NCBI GenBank assembly: GCA_045628165.1
Contig: JAZQPB010000228.1
Location: 368-64,367 of the forward strand
DNA: 64,000 bases
Source: Bacteroidales bacterium
Lineage (GTDB): Bacteria; Bacteroidota; Bacteroidia; Bacteroidales; UBA3824
Direction of reading: 5' to 3'
The notes below the pieces were generated by a model. That model did no database searches. It worked only from the letters and a program-made list of their open reading frames with translations, and was not told the origin of the DNA. The translations under genes were made by a program, and so were the position numbers. Below are positions 52,976 through 62,409 of this stretch, one piece after another (positions within the stretch are counted from its first letter, which is position 1; each line of letters opens with the position of its first letter).

Positions 52976-55957
52976 TTAGAACTGGAATCCCAGCGAGAGC
53001 GAGAATGTTCTTGGACGTGGGTAGAATGAGTTGTCGACACCGTTGCCTATCTCGGGGTCCACACCGTTGTACTTGGTGAGGGTAAACACATTCTGAACAT
53101 TTAATGTGGCGTTCAGCGAGAAGATGTCGGCAATCTTTCCGAAATTGTAGCTCAGGCTGATGTTGTCCATCTTGAGGAACGACGCATTGTGGAGATAATA
53201 GTCGCTCTGATACTGGCGGTGCTTGAATCTTGTGGCCAGGTACGATGACGACATATTGTTTATCTGGCCGTCGTTCCACTGCAATACATCCTCGATGCCG
53301 CCCATCTGAGCCGCGATACCGTTGTATACGTAGTTGCCAAGATTTGCGCGGAGCGATGTGCTGAGGGTGAATTTCTTGTAGCGGAGCGAGAGCGAGTAGC
53401 CCAGCATCAGGTCGGGAGCAGGCGAATGGCAGTAATACTTGTCGGCGTCGTTGATGATGCCGTCGTTGTTTGCATCCACGTAGGCACCCTCTATAGGGTT
53501 TCCGTTCAGGTCGTAGATCTGGTGATAGAGCCAGAACGAGTATGGCGACTGACCCTCGGTGAGAGTCTGGAACTGGCTGCCCTCTATGCCGGGACCTGCA
53601 GGATTGTTGACCACCTCGCCGCCGTCGTTGATGGAGAGGTTGGTGATCTCGTTCTTCTCCCAAGTGGCGTTCAGCGACATATCGAGACCCCAGTCAGCTG
53701 TATTGAGAACATTGCAGTTTACGGAGAACTCCAGACCCTCGCTGTCCACATTGCCCACGTTGGTGAGGATAGAGCTTGAGAAGTTGCTGCCCGCAGCTGC
53801 AGGCACTGTGGCGAGAAGGTTCTCGGTGGTGCGTGAGTAGTATTCGATGCTGCCCGAAACCTTATCCTTCAGGATACCGAAATCAAGGCCGATGTTCCAT
53901 GCCTTGGTAGATTCCCACTTGAGATTCTCCACGTATGGCGATGTGTAGTAGATAGGAATCCAGTTGCCGTTCCAGAGATAGTAAGCTGCCGAATTGGGCT
54001 GAGAGAGTGTGTAAGTGGCCAGATAGTTGTAGTTGCCGATGCCGTCCTGCTGACCTGTAACACCGTATGATGCGCGGAGCTTCAAGTTGTTAACTACGTC
54101 AGACAATTCGCTCATGAAGTCCTCGTCGCTTATACGCCAGGCCAGGGCAACTGATGGGAATGTACCCCAGCGCTCGTCCTTGGAGAATCGTGAAGTACCG
54201 TCGCGGCGTACAGTGGCGGTAAGCATGTACTTGCCCATGAATGTGGCATTGGCGCGTCCGTAATATGACATGAGCACGTGGGTCTGGTCCTTGGGAGATG
54301 ACGATCCCATTACTGCGCCCTCGGTGGTATAATACTCGAAGTATGGAGCGTTGCTGTTCCAGTACTGATAATCGTAACCGGCTGTAACATCAAAGTTTAC
54401 AATATCGAATTTCTTTGTATAGTTAAGATAACCGGTGAAGAGCTTGTTGCTGTTCTTCTCAGGTCCGTAAGAATAGTCGCGGCCCTTCTCGTTGTAATTG
54501 AGCATGGCATCAGCTGGAATAAAAACCGAGCCCTCGCCCTTTGCGAAATCGAGACCGCCGGTCACATGGGCCTTCAGGTCCTTGCAGAATGGGAATGTGT
54601 AGTCTACGTCGAGGTTTGTGATAAGACGCTGAACTGTAGACCTGTTGTCCTGATACTCAAGAAGTCCCACAGGATTCTTGACCGAACCGGTGATAGGCAT
54701 AGGTGTGCCGTTCACCATGTTGTAAGCCTCGGTGTAGCCCATGAAGAGATCATCGTTGCCTGAATATACAGGGATTGTAGGGTTGTAGACAGAGGCGTTG
54801 TAGATGGCGCCGTAGTCGGCAAAACGGTTCTTGTTCATAGACGCCTTCAGGCTGAGGTTCACCTTGAGATCGTCGTTGAGGAATGTAGGATTCAGGTTCA
54901 GGTTTCCTGTGTAGCGCTGTGTGTTGTCGTTGAGCAGGATACCGTCCTGAGCCATGTAGCCGATGGAGGCGCGTACGGGAAGCACCTTGGCCACTGTACC
55001 CGAAACGGAGAGATTGTTGTCGGAGCCGAAAGCTGGACGGAAAATCTCGTCGTTCCAGTCGGTATTGGCATTACCGAGAAACTGGATGTATTTCTGCTCG
55101 CCGGTGCCCTTCACCACGTCGATAAACTCGTCGCGGGATAGCATATCAGCTGTCTTGGTCTTCAGGGCCATGGAGTTGGTGGTGTTGAAAGTAATCTTCA
55201 CCTTGTCCTTGCCGCCCTTCTTGGTGGTGATGATGATAACACCATTAGATGCGCGCGAACCGTAGATGGCGGTAGACGACGCATCCTTCAATACTGTCAT
55301 GCTCTCGATATCAGCTGGGTTGATGAGCGCGAGGAAGTTGTCGCTGTTGCCGGAGATACCGCCGTTTTCCAAAGGAACGCCGTCGAGCACGATGAGAGGA
55401 TTGTTGGAGGCGTTGAGCGAAGCACCGCCGCGGATCTTGATGGTGGAGCCAGCTGATGGCGAACCGCCGTTGCTCATAATCTGGACGCCGGCCACCTTGC
55501 CGTTGATGAGCTGCTCGGGCGAGCTTACCACACCGCCGTTGAAGTCCTTCTCAGATACGCTGGAGATAGAGCCGGTGAGGTCGCCCTTGCGGCGTGTACC
55601 GTATCCGATGGCCACCACCTCGCCGAGCTCGGTAACGGCCGGACGCATGGTAACGTTGAGTGTATTGCCGGAAGGTACTGGAATGGTCAAGCTCTCGTAT
55701 CCAATGAAAGAAAACATGAGCTCGTGGGAATCACCCCCGCCAAGATTGAGAGTATAAGCACCGTCGAAATCGGTAATGGTACCATTGGTAGTACCTTTAA
55801 GTACAACGGTGGCACCCGGAATAGGCTGACCTGTCTCGTCGCTTACCACGCCAGAAACCGTCTTCTGGGCAAACGACAAGGACGAGAGACCCAGAAATGT
55901 CACGATAAGCAGCATTTTGGCTACTATGTAACGGATGTTCAATGTCTTTGAGTCCAT
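52976..55957 (-). CDS. SusC/RagA-family TonB-dependent outer membrane transporter
   Basis: 993 aa. CarboxypepD_reg-like VSGVVSDETGQPIPGATVVLKGT, plug IESMTVLKDASSTAIYGSRASNGVIIITTKKG, and a C-terminal beta-barrel ending F. Confidence 0.93.
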   Translation of the reverse strand: MDSKTLNIRYIVAKMLLIVTFLGLSSLSFAQKTVSGVVSDETGQPIPGATVVLKGTTNGTITDFDGAYTLNLGGGDSHELMFSFIGYESLTIPVPSGNTLNVTMRPAVTELGEVVAIGYGTRRKGDLTGSISSVSEKDFNGGVVSSPEQLINGKVAGVQIMSNGGSPSAGSTIKIRGGASLNASNNPLIVLDGVPLENGGISGNSDNFLALINPADIESMTVLKDASSTAIYGSRASNGVIIITTKKGGKDKVKITFNTTNSMALKTKTADMLSRDEFIDVVKGTGEQKYIQFLGNANTDWNDEIFRPAFGSDNNLSVSGTVAKVLPVRASIGYMAQDGILLNDNTQRYTGNLNLNPTFLNDDLKVNLSLKASMNKNRFADYGAIYNASVYNPTIPVYSGNDDLFMGYTEAYNMVNGTPMPITGSVKNPVGLLEYQDNRSTVQRLITNLDVDYTFPFCKDLKAHVTGGLDFAKGEGSVFIPADAMLNYNEKGRDYSYGPEKNSNKLFTGYLNYTKKFDIVNFDVTAGYDYQYWNSNAPYFEYYTTEGAVMGSSSPKDQTHVLMSYYGRANATFMGKYMLTATVRRDGTSRFSKDERWGTFPSVALAWRISDEDFMSELSDVVNNLKLRASYGVTGQQDGIGNYNYLATYTLSQPNSAAYYLWNGNWIPIYYTSPYVENLKWESTKAWNIGLDFGILKDKVSGSIEYYSRTTENLLATVPAAAGSNFSSSILTNVGNVDSEGLEFSVNCNVLNTADWGLDMSLNATWEKNEITNLSINDGGEVVNNPAGPGIEGSQFQTLTEGQSPYSFWLYHQIYDLNGNPIEGAYVDANNDGIINDADKYYCHSPAPDLMLGYSLSLRYKKFTLSTSLRANLGNYVYNGIAAQMGGIEDVLQWNDGQINNMSSSYLATRFKHRQYQSDYYLHNASFLKMDNISLSYNFGKIADIFSLNATLNVQNVFTLTKYNGVDPEIGNGVDNSFYPRPRTFSLSLGFQF

Positions 55958-56194
55958 TTTCAGTAATTTAAATTGGTTAATAAAAATCTATTTGTTAATA
56001 CTTTCAAGAATCTGCGACAGATTCTTTGTTTATTTTGACGCTTTAAAAGTATAAATTATTATTATTACTACCAAATGCAAATATTTCTTAATATTAAGGA
56101 AACAACAAAAAATAACCAAAGCAAATAAAAATAAATACACAAAGTGCAATTTCATCTACACAAATTTAATGTACTAAGTACCTTAATAATAACT

Positions 56195-57004
56195 TTACAA
56201 ATCGATATGCGAGCTGTGTACCTCGCGGCCTATAAACAGGGAGGCGCAACTGTTGAAAACGTCGGGGTTGTCGGTGGTGAAATATCGGGTGGTTGAATTT
56301 TTGGAAAGACGGCTGTCCATCTCCGGATGACGGCGCAGATAGTCGATAAGGCTCTGTGCCACAATCTCGTTTTGAGGGATAAAGGATACTCCCTGCGGAC
56401 ACGCTCTCCTGAAAGAGTTGATGAGCAGCGGATAATGTGTGCAGCCGAGTATCACGGCGTCGATATCAGGAGACTGCGCCATCAGCTGGCCAAGGTATTT
56501 GGATACAAAATAATCTGTGCCGGGATTATCCACCTCGCCGTTTTCCACAAGGGCGGCAAGCATGGGGCAGGCCTGCTGATAGACATTGATGCCGGGATAC
56601 AGTTTCTGAATCTCAAGGATATAGCTCCGGGAGTTTACGGTGCCCATGGTGCCGAGCACACCTATATTATTGGTATGCGTGTATTGCTGGATAACCTCGG
56701 CGGTGGGCCTTATGATGCCGAGCACGCGGTTCTGTGGATTTATGGAGGGAAGGTCGTTTTGCTGGATGGACCTCAGTGCCTTGGCCGATGCGGTATTGCA
56801 CGCCAGAATCACGAGAGGACACCCAAAAGAAAAGAGACGGCGCACCGCCTGCAATGTGTAGGCGTACACCGTCTCGAAGCTTCTTGAACCGTAAGGAGCC
56901 CTCGCATTGTCGCCCAGGAAAACATAATCGTATTCCGGCAGCAATTCCTGAAACTTGCGGAGTATTGTAAGTCCGCCAAATCCCGAATCGAAGACCCCTA
57001 TCAT
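56195..57004 (-). CDS. murI: Glutamate racemase
   Basis: 269 aa. IGVFDSGFGGLT, VILACNTASA and ILGCTHYPLL. Confidence 0.92.
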   Translation of the reverse strand: MIGVFDSGFGGLTILRKFQELLPEYDYVFLGDNARAPYGSRSFETVYAYTLQAVRRLFSFGCPLVILACNTASAKALRSIQQNDLPSINPQNRVLGIIRPTAEVIQQYTHTNNIGVLGTMGTVNSRSYILEIQKLYPGINVYQQACPMLAALVENGEVDNPGTDYFVSKYLGQLMAQSPDIDAVILGCTHYPLLINSFRRACPQGVSFIPQNEIVAQSLIDYLRRHPEMDSRLSKNSTTRYFTTDNPDVFNSCASLFIGREVHSSHIDL

Positions 57005-57096
57005 TTAAAGTGTAAAGTTTAAAGTTTAAAGTTTAAAGTTTAAAGATTAAAGTTTAAAGATTAAAGATTAAAGATTAATGTTTTAAGCTTTAAAGA
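57004..57096. repeat. Heptad tandem array ((T/A)TTAAAG)n, the longest copy (~13 units)
   Basis: tttaaagtgtaaagtttaaagtttaaagtttaaagtttaaagattaaagtttaaagattaaagattaaagattaatgttttaagctttaaag. Confidence 0.85.
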
Positions 57097-57615
57097 TTAC
57101 ATGCCGAGCTCTTTCTTGATGTCAGCTGTTACATCCACGCTGATGGCCTCGTTTACGAAGAGAACCGAGTTCTTGTCCATGATGTAAACGTAACCGCCAT
57201 TAGCTGCCACTTTCTTGATGGCTGCGTCGAGCTTGTCCATTACCGGCTTTATGAGGTCGTTTCTCTTCTGTGAAAGAGATGCCTGTGCATTCTCCTGGAA
57301 ACGCTGGATGCGCTCCTGAAGCTGCATGATCTCCTGCTCCTTGTCGGCGCGGAGGGCAGCAGACCACTTCTCTGGAGCGGCGTCGGCCAGGCCCATGTTC
57401 TCCTGATATGCCTGAACCTTGTTCTGATACTCCACGCCAAGAGTCTGGAGCTGGTCGTCGAGTTTCTTGCCTTCGGTCTCGAGGGCTGTCTGAGCGGCCT
57501 TGTACTCTGGCATAGACTCTATGATCTCGGCTGAGACACAGTGTCCGAATTTCTGGGCCGAGGCTGTTACACTCAGCGCTACAAATGCTATTAAAATTAA
57601 GAATAATTTTCTCAT
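57097..57615 (-). CDS. OmpH/Skp-family periplasmic chaperone
   Basis: 172 aa with signal peptide. Coiled-coil OmpH-like sequence. Position downstream of bamA. Confidence 0.85.
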   Translation of the reverse strand: MRKLFLILIAFVALSVTASAQKFGHCVSAEIIESMPEYKAAQTALETEGKKLDDQLQTLGVEYQNKVQAYQENMGLADAAPEKWSAALRADKEQEIMQLQERIQRFQENAQASLSQKRNDLIKPVMDKLDAAIKKVAANGGYVYIMDKNSVLFVNEAISVDVTADIKKELGM

Positions 57616-57643
57616 TTCTGTTTTGGGGTTTATTGATATTTAA

Positions 57644-58150
57644 TTATTTGATAATCTTCTTGAGTACCACATCGCTCTCGTCCATCTTCTCGGAAGCGTA
57701 GATTATATCGCCCGAAACCTTGTCGAAGATGTAGTCGTAGTTGCCCTCAGCCGCCACAGCCTTAAGAGCCTCGTATACATTGTCCTGGATGGGCTTGATG
57801 AGCTCCTGGCGCTTCTTGGCGAGCTCGCCGTCGGTGCCGAAGTATTTCTTCTGAAGCTCCTTGGCCTCCTTCTCCTTGGCTATTATCTCGTTTTCGCGCT
57901 TGGTCTTGGTGGCCTCCTGGAGGATGTCTACCTCAGCCTGATACTTCTTGTACATATCGTCGAGCTCCTTGAACTTGGTCTCCACCTCGGTCTGCCACTG
58001 CTTGGAGTAGGTGTCAAGCTGTTTCTGAGCCTGCTGATATTTAGGTATCTTGCTTAGGATATATTCGGTATCTACATGGGCAAATTTCTGTGCGAAACCT
58101 GTAAAACCCATCAACAATGCCATAGCTGCGGTAAAAATCAATCTTTTCAT
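57644..58150 (-). CDS. OmpH/Skp-family periplasmic chaperone (second copy)
   Basis: 168 aa with signal peptide. FAHVDTEYILSKIPKYQQAQKQLD opening, typical of Bacteroidetes OmpH. Confidence 0.85.
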   Translation of the reverse strand: MKRLIFTAAMALLMGFTGFAQKFAHVDTEYILSKIPKYQQAQKQLDTYSKQWQTEVETKFKELDDMYKKYQAEVDILQEATKTKRENEIIAKEKEAKELQKKYFGTDGELAKKRQELIKPIQDNVYEALKAVAAEGNYDYIFDKVSGDIIYASEKMDESDVVLKKIIK

Positions 58151-58219
58151 ATTACTTAGTTTTTTAGTTAGTATTATAGTTAAATATTTTTATCCATATA
58201 GTTGCAATCGGCGGCGGGT

Positions 58220-60712
58220 TTAGAAGTTCTGACCCAAAGTAAATTGCAATTTAGATCCAGAGCGCTCTGTCTCGCCCGGCACAGCATCGAATCCCCAGCC
58301 CCAGTCGAGGCCGAGCATACCGAGCATTGGCAGGTAGACCCTGACACCGGCACCGGCTGCGCGGTACACATCAAACGGACGGAACTGGTTGACCTCCTTC
58401 CAGCAGTTTCCTCCCTCCAGGAATCCGAGACCGTAGATTGTGGCGCTCTCCGAGAGGATTACAGGATAGCGGAGCTCAAATGTATACTTGGCGTACACAT
58501 TGCCGCCGCGGCTGATGGTCTCGCTGTCGTAGCCCCTCATGCCTATCACATCCTTGCCGTAGGTATAGTAGTTCATGCCGTCGCCGCCCATGGTGTAGCC
58601 CTGGAATGGAGCGTAGCCGAGGTCGCGGGTGTAGAAACACGACAGGCCGAACTGAACCTTTGTATGCAGCACGAGGTCGCAGTCACGTATCAGCTGGGTA
58701 AAGTTCTTGGCCTCGAAACCGTATTTGTGATACTCCACCCACTTCCACTTAAGGCTGTCGGAGATGGTGGAGTAGTTCTTGTTGTTCATCTTGGAGTACG
58801 GTGGAGTAATCTCAGCTGATAGCGAGTACTGTGCGCCGTTTCTCGGGTAGATGATCTGGTCGATGGTCTTGCGCGAGAACACCACCTTTATACCGGTCTC
58901 GTTGGCCAGTCCGTTGGCGCTGAAACCCTCGAAGTAAGGATAGTTCTTGAGCTTGTATCTCTTGAAGAAGAGCTCGCTGTAGAGCTCAAAGTTGTTGTCG
59001 GGCCATGTGAGACGGCGGCCGAGACCTATCGCGCCTCCCCATACCTGCATACGGTAATTCATGTTTTCCTCGTACCACTGCTTCCAGTAGTCGGAGCTGG
59101 TCATGTACTTTGAATAGTTGACATCAGTATAATAGAAGCTTACGGAGAACATTGTAGGTTTCTTGCCTCCAAGCCATGGCTCCTGAAACGAGATGCTGTA
59201 TGTCTGATAGTACTTGCCGTTGCTCTGGAACGAGAGGCTGAGTTTCTGGCCGTCGCCGCCGGGCAGAGGCCTCCACGAGCTCTTCTCGAAGAAGTTCTTG
59301 GTAGAGAAGTTGTTGAAGCTTACGCCGAGACGGCCCACAAAGTATCCGCCGCCCCATCCTGCCGACAGCTCAAACATATCGTTGCTCTTCTCCACGAGGG
59401 GATACTCGATATCAACAGTCTTGTTGATGTAGTCGGGTATAGGAGTAGGATTCAGCTGCTCGGGCTCAAAATTGCCGAGCTGCGCAAGCATACGCACAGA
59501 GTTGATGATATCCGACTTGCGGAATAGCTGACCCGGAGTGGTATACAGCTCGCGGCGAGGCACGTGGTCGTTGGTGCGGGTATTACCGCTGATATTAATC
59601 CTGTTGATGTAAGCCTGGGGACCCTCCACCACCATAATCTCCACATCCACCGAATCGTTGATTACCGATACCTCGCGTGGCAGAGTGTGATAGAAGAGAT
59701 AGCCGTCGTCCATGTAGATATTCGATACGGCGTCCTTGTCGTTGTTCAGACGGTCGTCCATGCGGTTCTGGTCGTAGAGGTCGCCCTTCTTGATATCGAG
59801 AGCTGTCTGAAGACGCGCGCTGCTGTATTTCTCGTTGCCTATCCATGTGATATTGCGGAAGAAATACTGATGGCCCTCATACACCTTCAGCTTTACGCCC
59901 ACCAGCCTGTCGTCGATGCGGTACACCGAGTCGCCTATCACGCGGGCGTCGCGGTAGCCCTGCTGATTGTATTTCTTCACGAGCTTCTTCTTGTCCTCCT
60001 CGAACTTGGAGCGCACAAACTTGCTGGGCTTAAAGAAGCCCCACCATCTGCGCTGCTTGGTGTCCTTGAGGGCCTTGCGGATCTTCTGATTGGTGAAGGC
60101 GCTGTCGCCCTCGGTCTCTATGGTGGAGATTCTCACCTTGTGGCCCTTGTCGATATTTATCACCATGTTGGATACAAACTGGAGATTTGTATCAGGCACC
60201 TCGGTAACCCTTACATCCACATTGTAGAAACCCTTGTCGTAATAATGCTGGGCAATAATATTCTTGGTCTTCGAGATGGTGTGCTCGGTAATCTTGGTAC
60301 CCTGCAGGAGATTCACCTTCTTGGCGATATCATCCTTCTCGCCCGACCTCACGCCCTTGTATATCACCTTGTTGAGCTTTGGACGCTCCTCAAGCTTGAT
60401 ATCGAGGAAAACCTTGTCGTCGGGAGTGGTGCCCACCACCGCGATGCTCACATCCGAAAACATGCCCTGTTTCCAGAGCTTCTCGATGGAACGCGTAATC
60501 TCGTCGCCGGGCACAGTAATCTTCTGGTCCAGCTTAAGACCAGAGATGTCTATGATAGCCTGCTTATTAAGAAACTTGATGCCAGAAACGGAAATACCGC
60601 CTATAGTATAAGTCTTGGGGGAGTCATAATTTACAACAGAGGTCTGCGACAATGCAGTGTTTGTCGCAAACGTAAGCAGCATTATGATAACCAGTAGTAA
60701 TCTGCCTTTCAT
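58220..60712 (-). CDS. bamA: Outer membrane protein assembly factor BamA (Omp85)
   Basis: 830 aa. POTRA repeats (ISVSGIKFLNKQAIIDISGLK...) and a C-terminal barrel ending FTLGQNF. Confidence 0.92.
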   Translation of the reverse strand: MKGRLLLVIIMLLTFATNTALSQTSVVNYDSPKTYTIGGISVSGIKFLNKQAIIDISGLKLDQKITVPGDEITRSIEKLWKQGMFSDVSIAVVGTTPDDKVFLDIKLEERPKLNKVIYKGVRSGEKDDIAKKVNLLQGTKITEHTISKTKNIIAQHYYDKGFYNVDVRVTEVPDTNLQFVSNMVINIDKGHKVRISTIETEGDSAFTNQKIRKALKDTKQRRWWGFFKPSKFVRSKFEEDKKKLVKKYNQQGYRDARVIGDSVYRIDDRLVGVKLKVYEGHQYFFRNITWIGNEKYSSARLQTALDIKKGDLYDQNRMDDRLNNDKDAVSNIYMDDGYLFYHTLPREVSVINDSVDVEIMVVEGPQAYINRINISGNTRTNDHVPRRELYTTPGQLFRKSDIINSVRMLAQLGNFEPEQLNPTPIPDYINKTVDIEYPLVEKSNDMFELSAGWGGGYFVGRLGVSFNNFSTKNFFEKSSWRPLPGGDGQKLSLSFQSNGKYYQTYSISFQEPWLGGKKPTMFSVSFYYTDVNYSKYMTSSDYWKQWYEENMNYRMQVWGGAIGLGRRLTWPDNNFELYSELFFKRYKLKNYPYFEGFSANGLANETGIKVVFSRKTIDQIIYPRNGAQYSLSAEITPPYSKMNNKNYSTISDSLKWKWVEYHKYGFEAKNFTQLIRDCDLVLHTKVQFGLSCFYTRDLGYAPFQGYTMGGDGMNYYTYGKDVIGMRGYDSETISRGGNVYAKYTFELRYPVILSESATIYGLGFLEGGNCWKEVNQFRPFDVYRAAGAGVRVYLPMLGMLGLDWGWGFDAVPGETERSGSKLQFTLGQNF

Positions 60713-60760
60713 TTAAATTCGTTTTTTTCTGATAAGATATTGTTAAAAAGTTACAAAGCG

Positions 60761-60768
60761 CAAAGTTA
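60761..60768 (-). promoter_or_regulatory. -7 box TAACTTTG upstream of bamA
   Basis: The plus strand reads caaagtta, ~49 nt upstream of the ATG at 60712. Confidence 0.4.
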
Positions 60769-60783
60769 TAAAAAAAATCTTAA

Positions 60784-61527
60784 TTACTTACTAATTTGCT
60801 GCGAAGTTTTGCCAAATCTTCGCTCCCTGCGCTGAAAATCCACAATAGCCTCATAAAACTGCTCCGCGCCGAAATCCGGCCAGAGCGTATCGGTGAAATA
60901 CAGCTCCGAATACGAGATCTGCCAGAGCAGGAAATTTGAAATCCTCTGCTCGCCGCTTGTGCGTATCAGCAGCTCGGGATCAGGCATTCCGGCGGTATAC
61001 AGGCAATCGGCAAAATCCTTCTCGGCCAGCGAGCTGATATCGAACGGAGACTCGCTGTACCTCTCCAGCAGGCGCTTGGCGGCATTAAGCATCTCATAGC
61101 GGCTGCCGTAGCTCAGGGCTATCACCACGGTAATGCCCGTATTAGCAGCCGACTTGGCGCACGCCGATTCTATCTCTGCCCTCACATCGGGAGGCAGCAT
61201 GGCATTGTCGCCTATAGTTACAAGGCGCATATTGTATGCGGCGAGATCGGCCAGCTGAGCCGCCACCGTTCTGGCCAACAGCGACATCAGGCCATTAACC
61301 TCGCTCTCGGGCCTCTGCCAGTTCTCAATAGAGAAAGCGTAGAGGGTAATGTACTTAACTCCGATTTTCTGAGCGGCATCCACAATCTCACGGGCCCTGT
61401 TGGCGCCCATGGCATGACCTTCCAGACGGTCCTTGCCGAGCCTCTTGGCCCAGCGTCCGTTGCCGTCCATTATCACAGCCACATGCTGTGGCACCCGGTC
61501 CTTATCTATCAGATCTATCGATGACAT
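60784..61527 (-). CDS. uppS: Isoprenyl transferase (undecaprenyl diphosphate synthase)
   Basis: 247 aa. HVAVIMDGNGRWA, YAFSIENWQRP, RTSGEQRISNFLLWQ. Confidence 0.93.
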   Translation of the reverse strand: MSSIDLIDKDRVPQHVAVIMDGNGRWAKRLGKDRLEGHAMGANRAREIVDAAQKIGVKYITLYAFSIENWQRPESEVNGLMSLLARTVAAQLADLAAYNMRLVTIGDNAMLPPDVRAEIESACAKSAANTGITVVIALSYGSRYEMLNAAKRLLERYSESPFDISSLAEKDFADCLYTAGMPDPELLIRTSGEQRISNFLLWQISYSELYFTDTLWPDFGAEQFYEAIVDFQRRERRFGKTSQQISK

Positions 61528-61597
61528 AAGTCTGTGTATATATGTGTGTTATTATGTTCTATTATCATATCAGCTGAAACCCCATCAGCTGGCAGGC

Positions 61598-62341
61598 TCA
61601 CTGCCTGTAAGCCTGGCACTTGCCGCCCTTGCCCGATCCCATCCTGAACGAGAGCTGAACCCCGAGAAAGGAGTACCAGTCGTCGGTGCCGGCAAAAGAC
61701 CTCTGCTTGGCCGCGCCCTCGCCAAACGACATATCGTAATAATCCACGCCGATATTATCGAGCAGGTCGGAGAACAGCTTGCGGAATTTCCACTCCACCG
61801 ACAGAGTTACCACATCATTGGGGCAGTACCTGACTCCCGCGCCAAACGGAATGCAGAACCTGAGTCCCTCCGAGGGGAACGACGCAACCGCCAGCCCCGG
61901 GCCTCCGGCTATGTACGGCGAAAAACTGTGCCTGTCGTCGCCCGGTATCAGGGGCAGGAAATATATCTCGCCCTGCAGCGACATATCCACGAGCTCGTTG
62001 CAGAAACTGGCGCCCCTGGCCTTCTGCACCGGACTGTCGGAATCGGCATCGCTGCCCTGCAGCTTGCACCACATGGTCTGGAACGACACCGAGAGCCTGC
62101 TGCTGAACACGTGCCTCAGGCTGAAACCAAGCGCCGGCCTGGGATTGTACAGCACCTTGTCGGGATTAATCTCGCCGTAATACATGCCCACGCCGGCCAT
62201 CAGGCCCACCTCCTCGTGCTGGGAGGTCTGGCAGTAGGAGTCGGCGGCTGATACAGTAATTACGGCCAGCAATACAGTTGCAAAGATATAGGAAACTATC
62301 GGTTTCTGTGCTTTAAAAAATCTTAATTTTGCGTCCATCAT
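61598..62341 (-). CDS. Outer-membrane beta-barrel protein, DUF6089-like
   Basis: 247 aa. Signal sequence and alternating beta-strand pattern. Conserved position upstream of uppS-bamA in Bacteroidota. Confidence 0.6.
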   Translation of the reverse strand: MMDAKLRFFKAQKPIVSYIFATVLLAVITVSAADSYCQTSQHEEVGLMAGVGMYYGEINPDKVLYNPRPALGFSLRHVFSSRLSVSFQTMWCKLQGSDADSDSPVQKARGASFCNELVDMSLQGEIYFLPLIPGDDRHSFSPYIAGGPGLAVASFPSEGLRFCIPFGAGVRYCPNDVVTLSVEWKFRKLFSDLLDNIGVDYYDMSFGEGAAKQRSFAGTDDWYSFLGVQLSFRMGSGKGGKCQAYRQ

Positions 62342-62409
62342 TTAACTTTTTAATTGGGAAACTGCTCAAGACGCTCAATTATTGCGCATTTAGCAATTAT
62401 TAATAAATC

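Noticed and set aside
57004-57096. Possibility that the tandem arrays are CRISPR arrays
   Set aside because: The repeat unit is only 7 bp with no unique spacers, and no cas genes are in the window.
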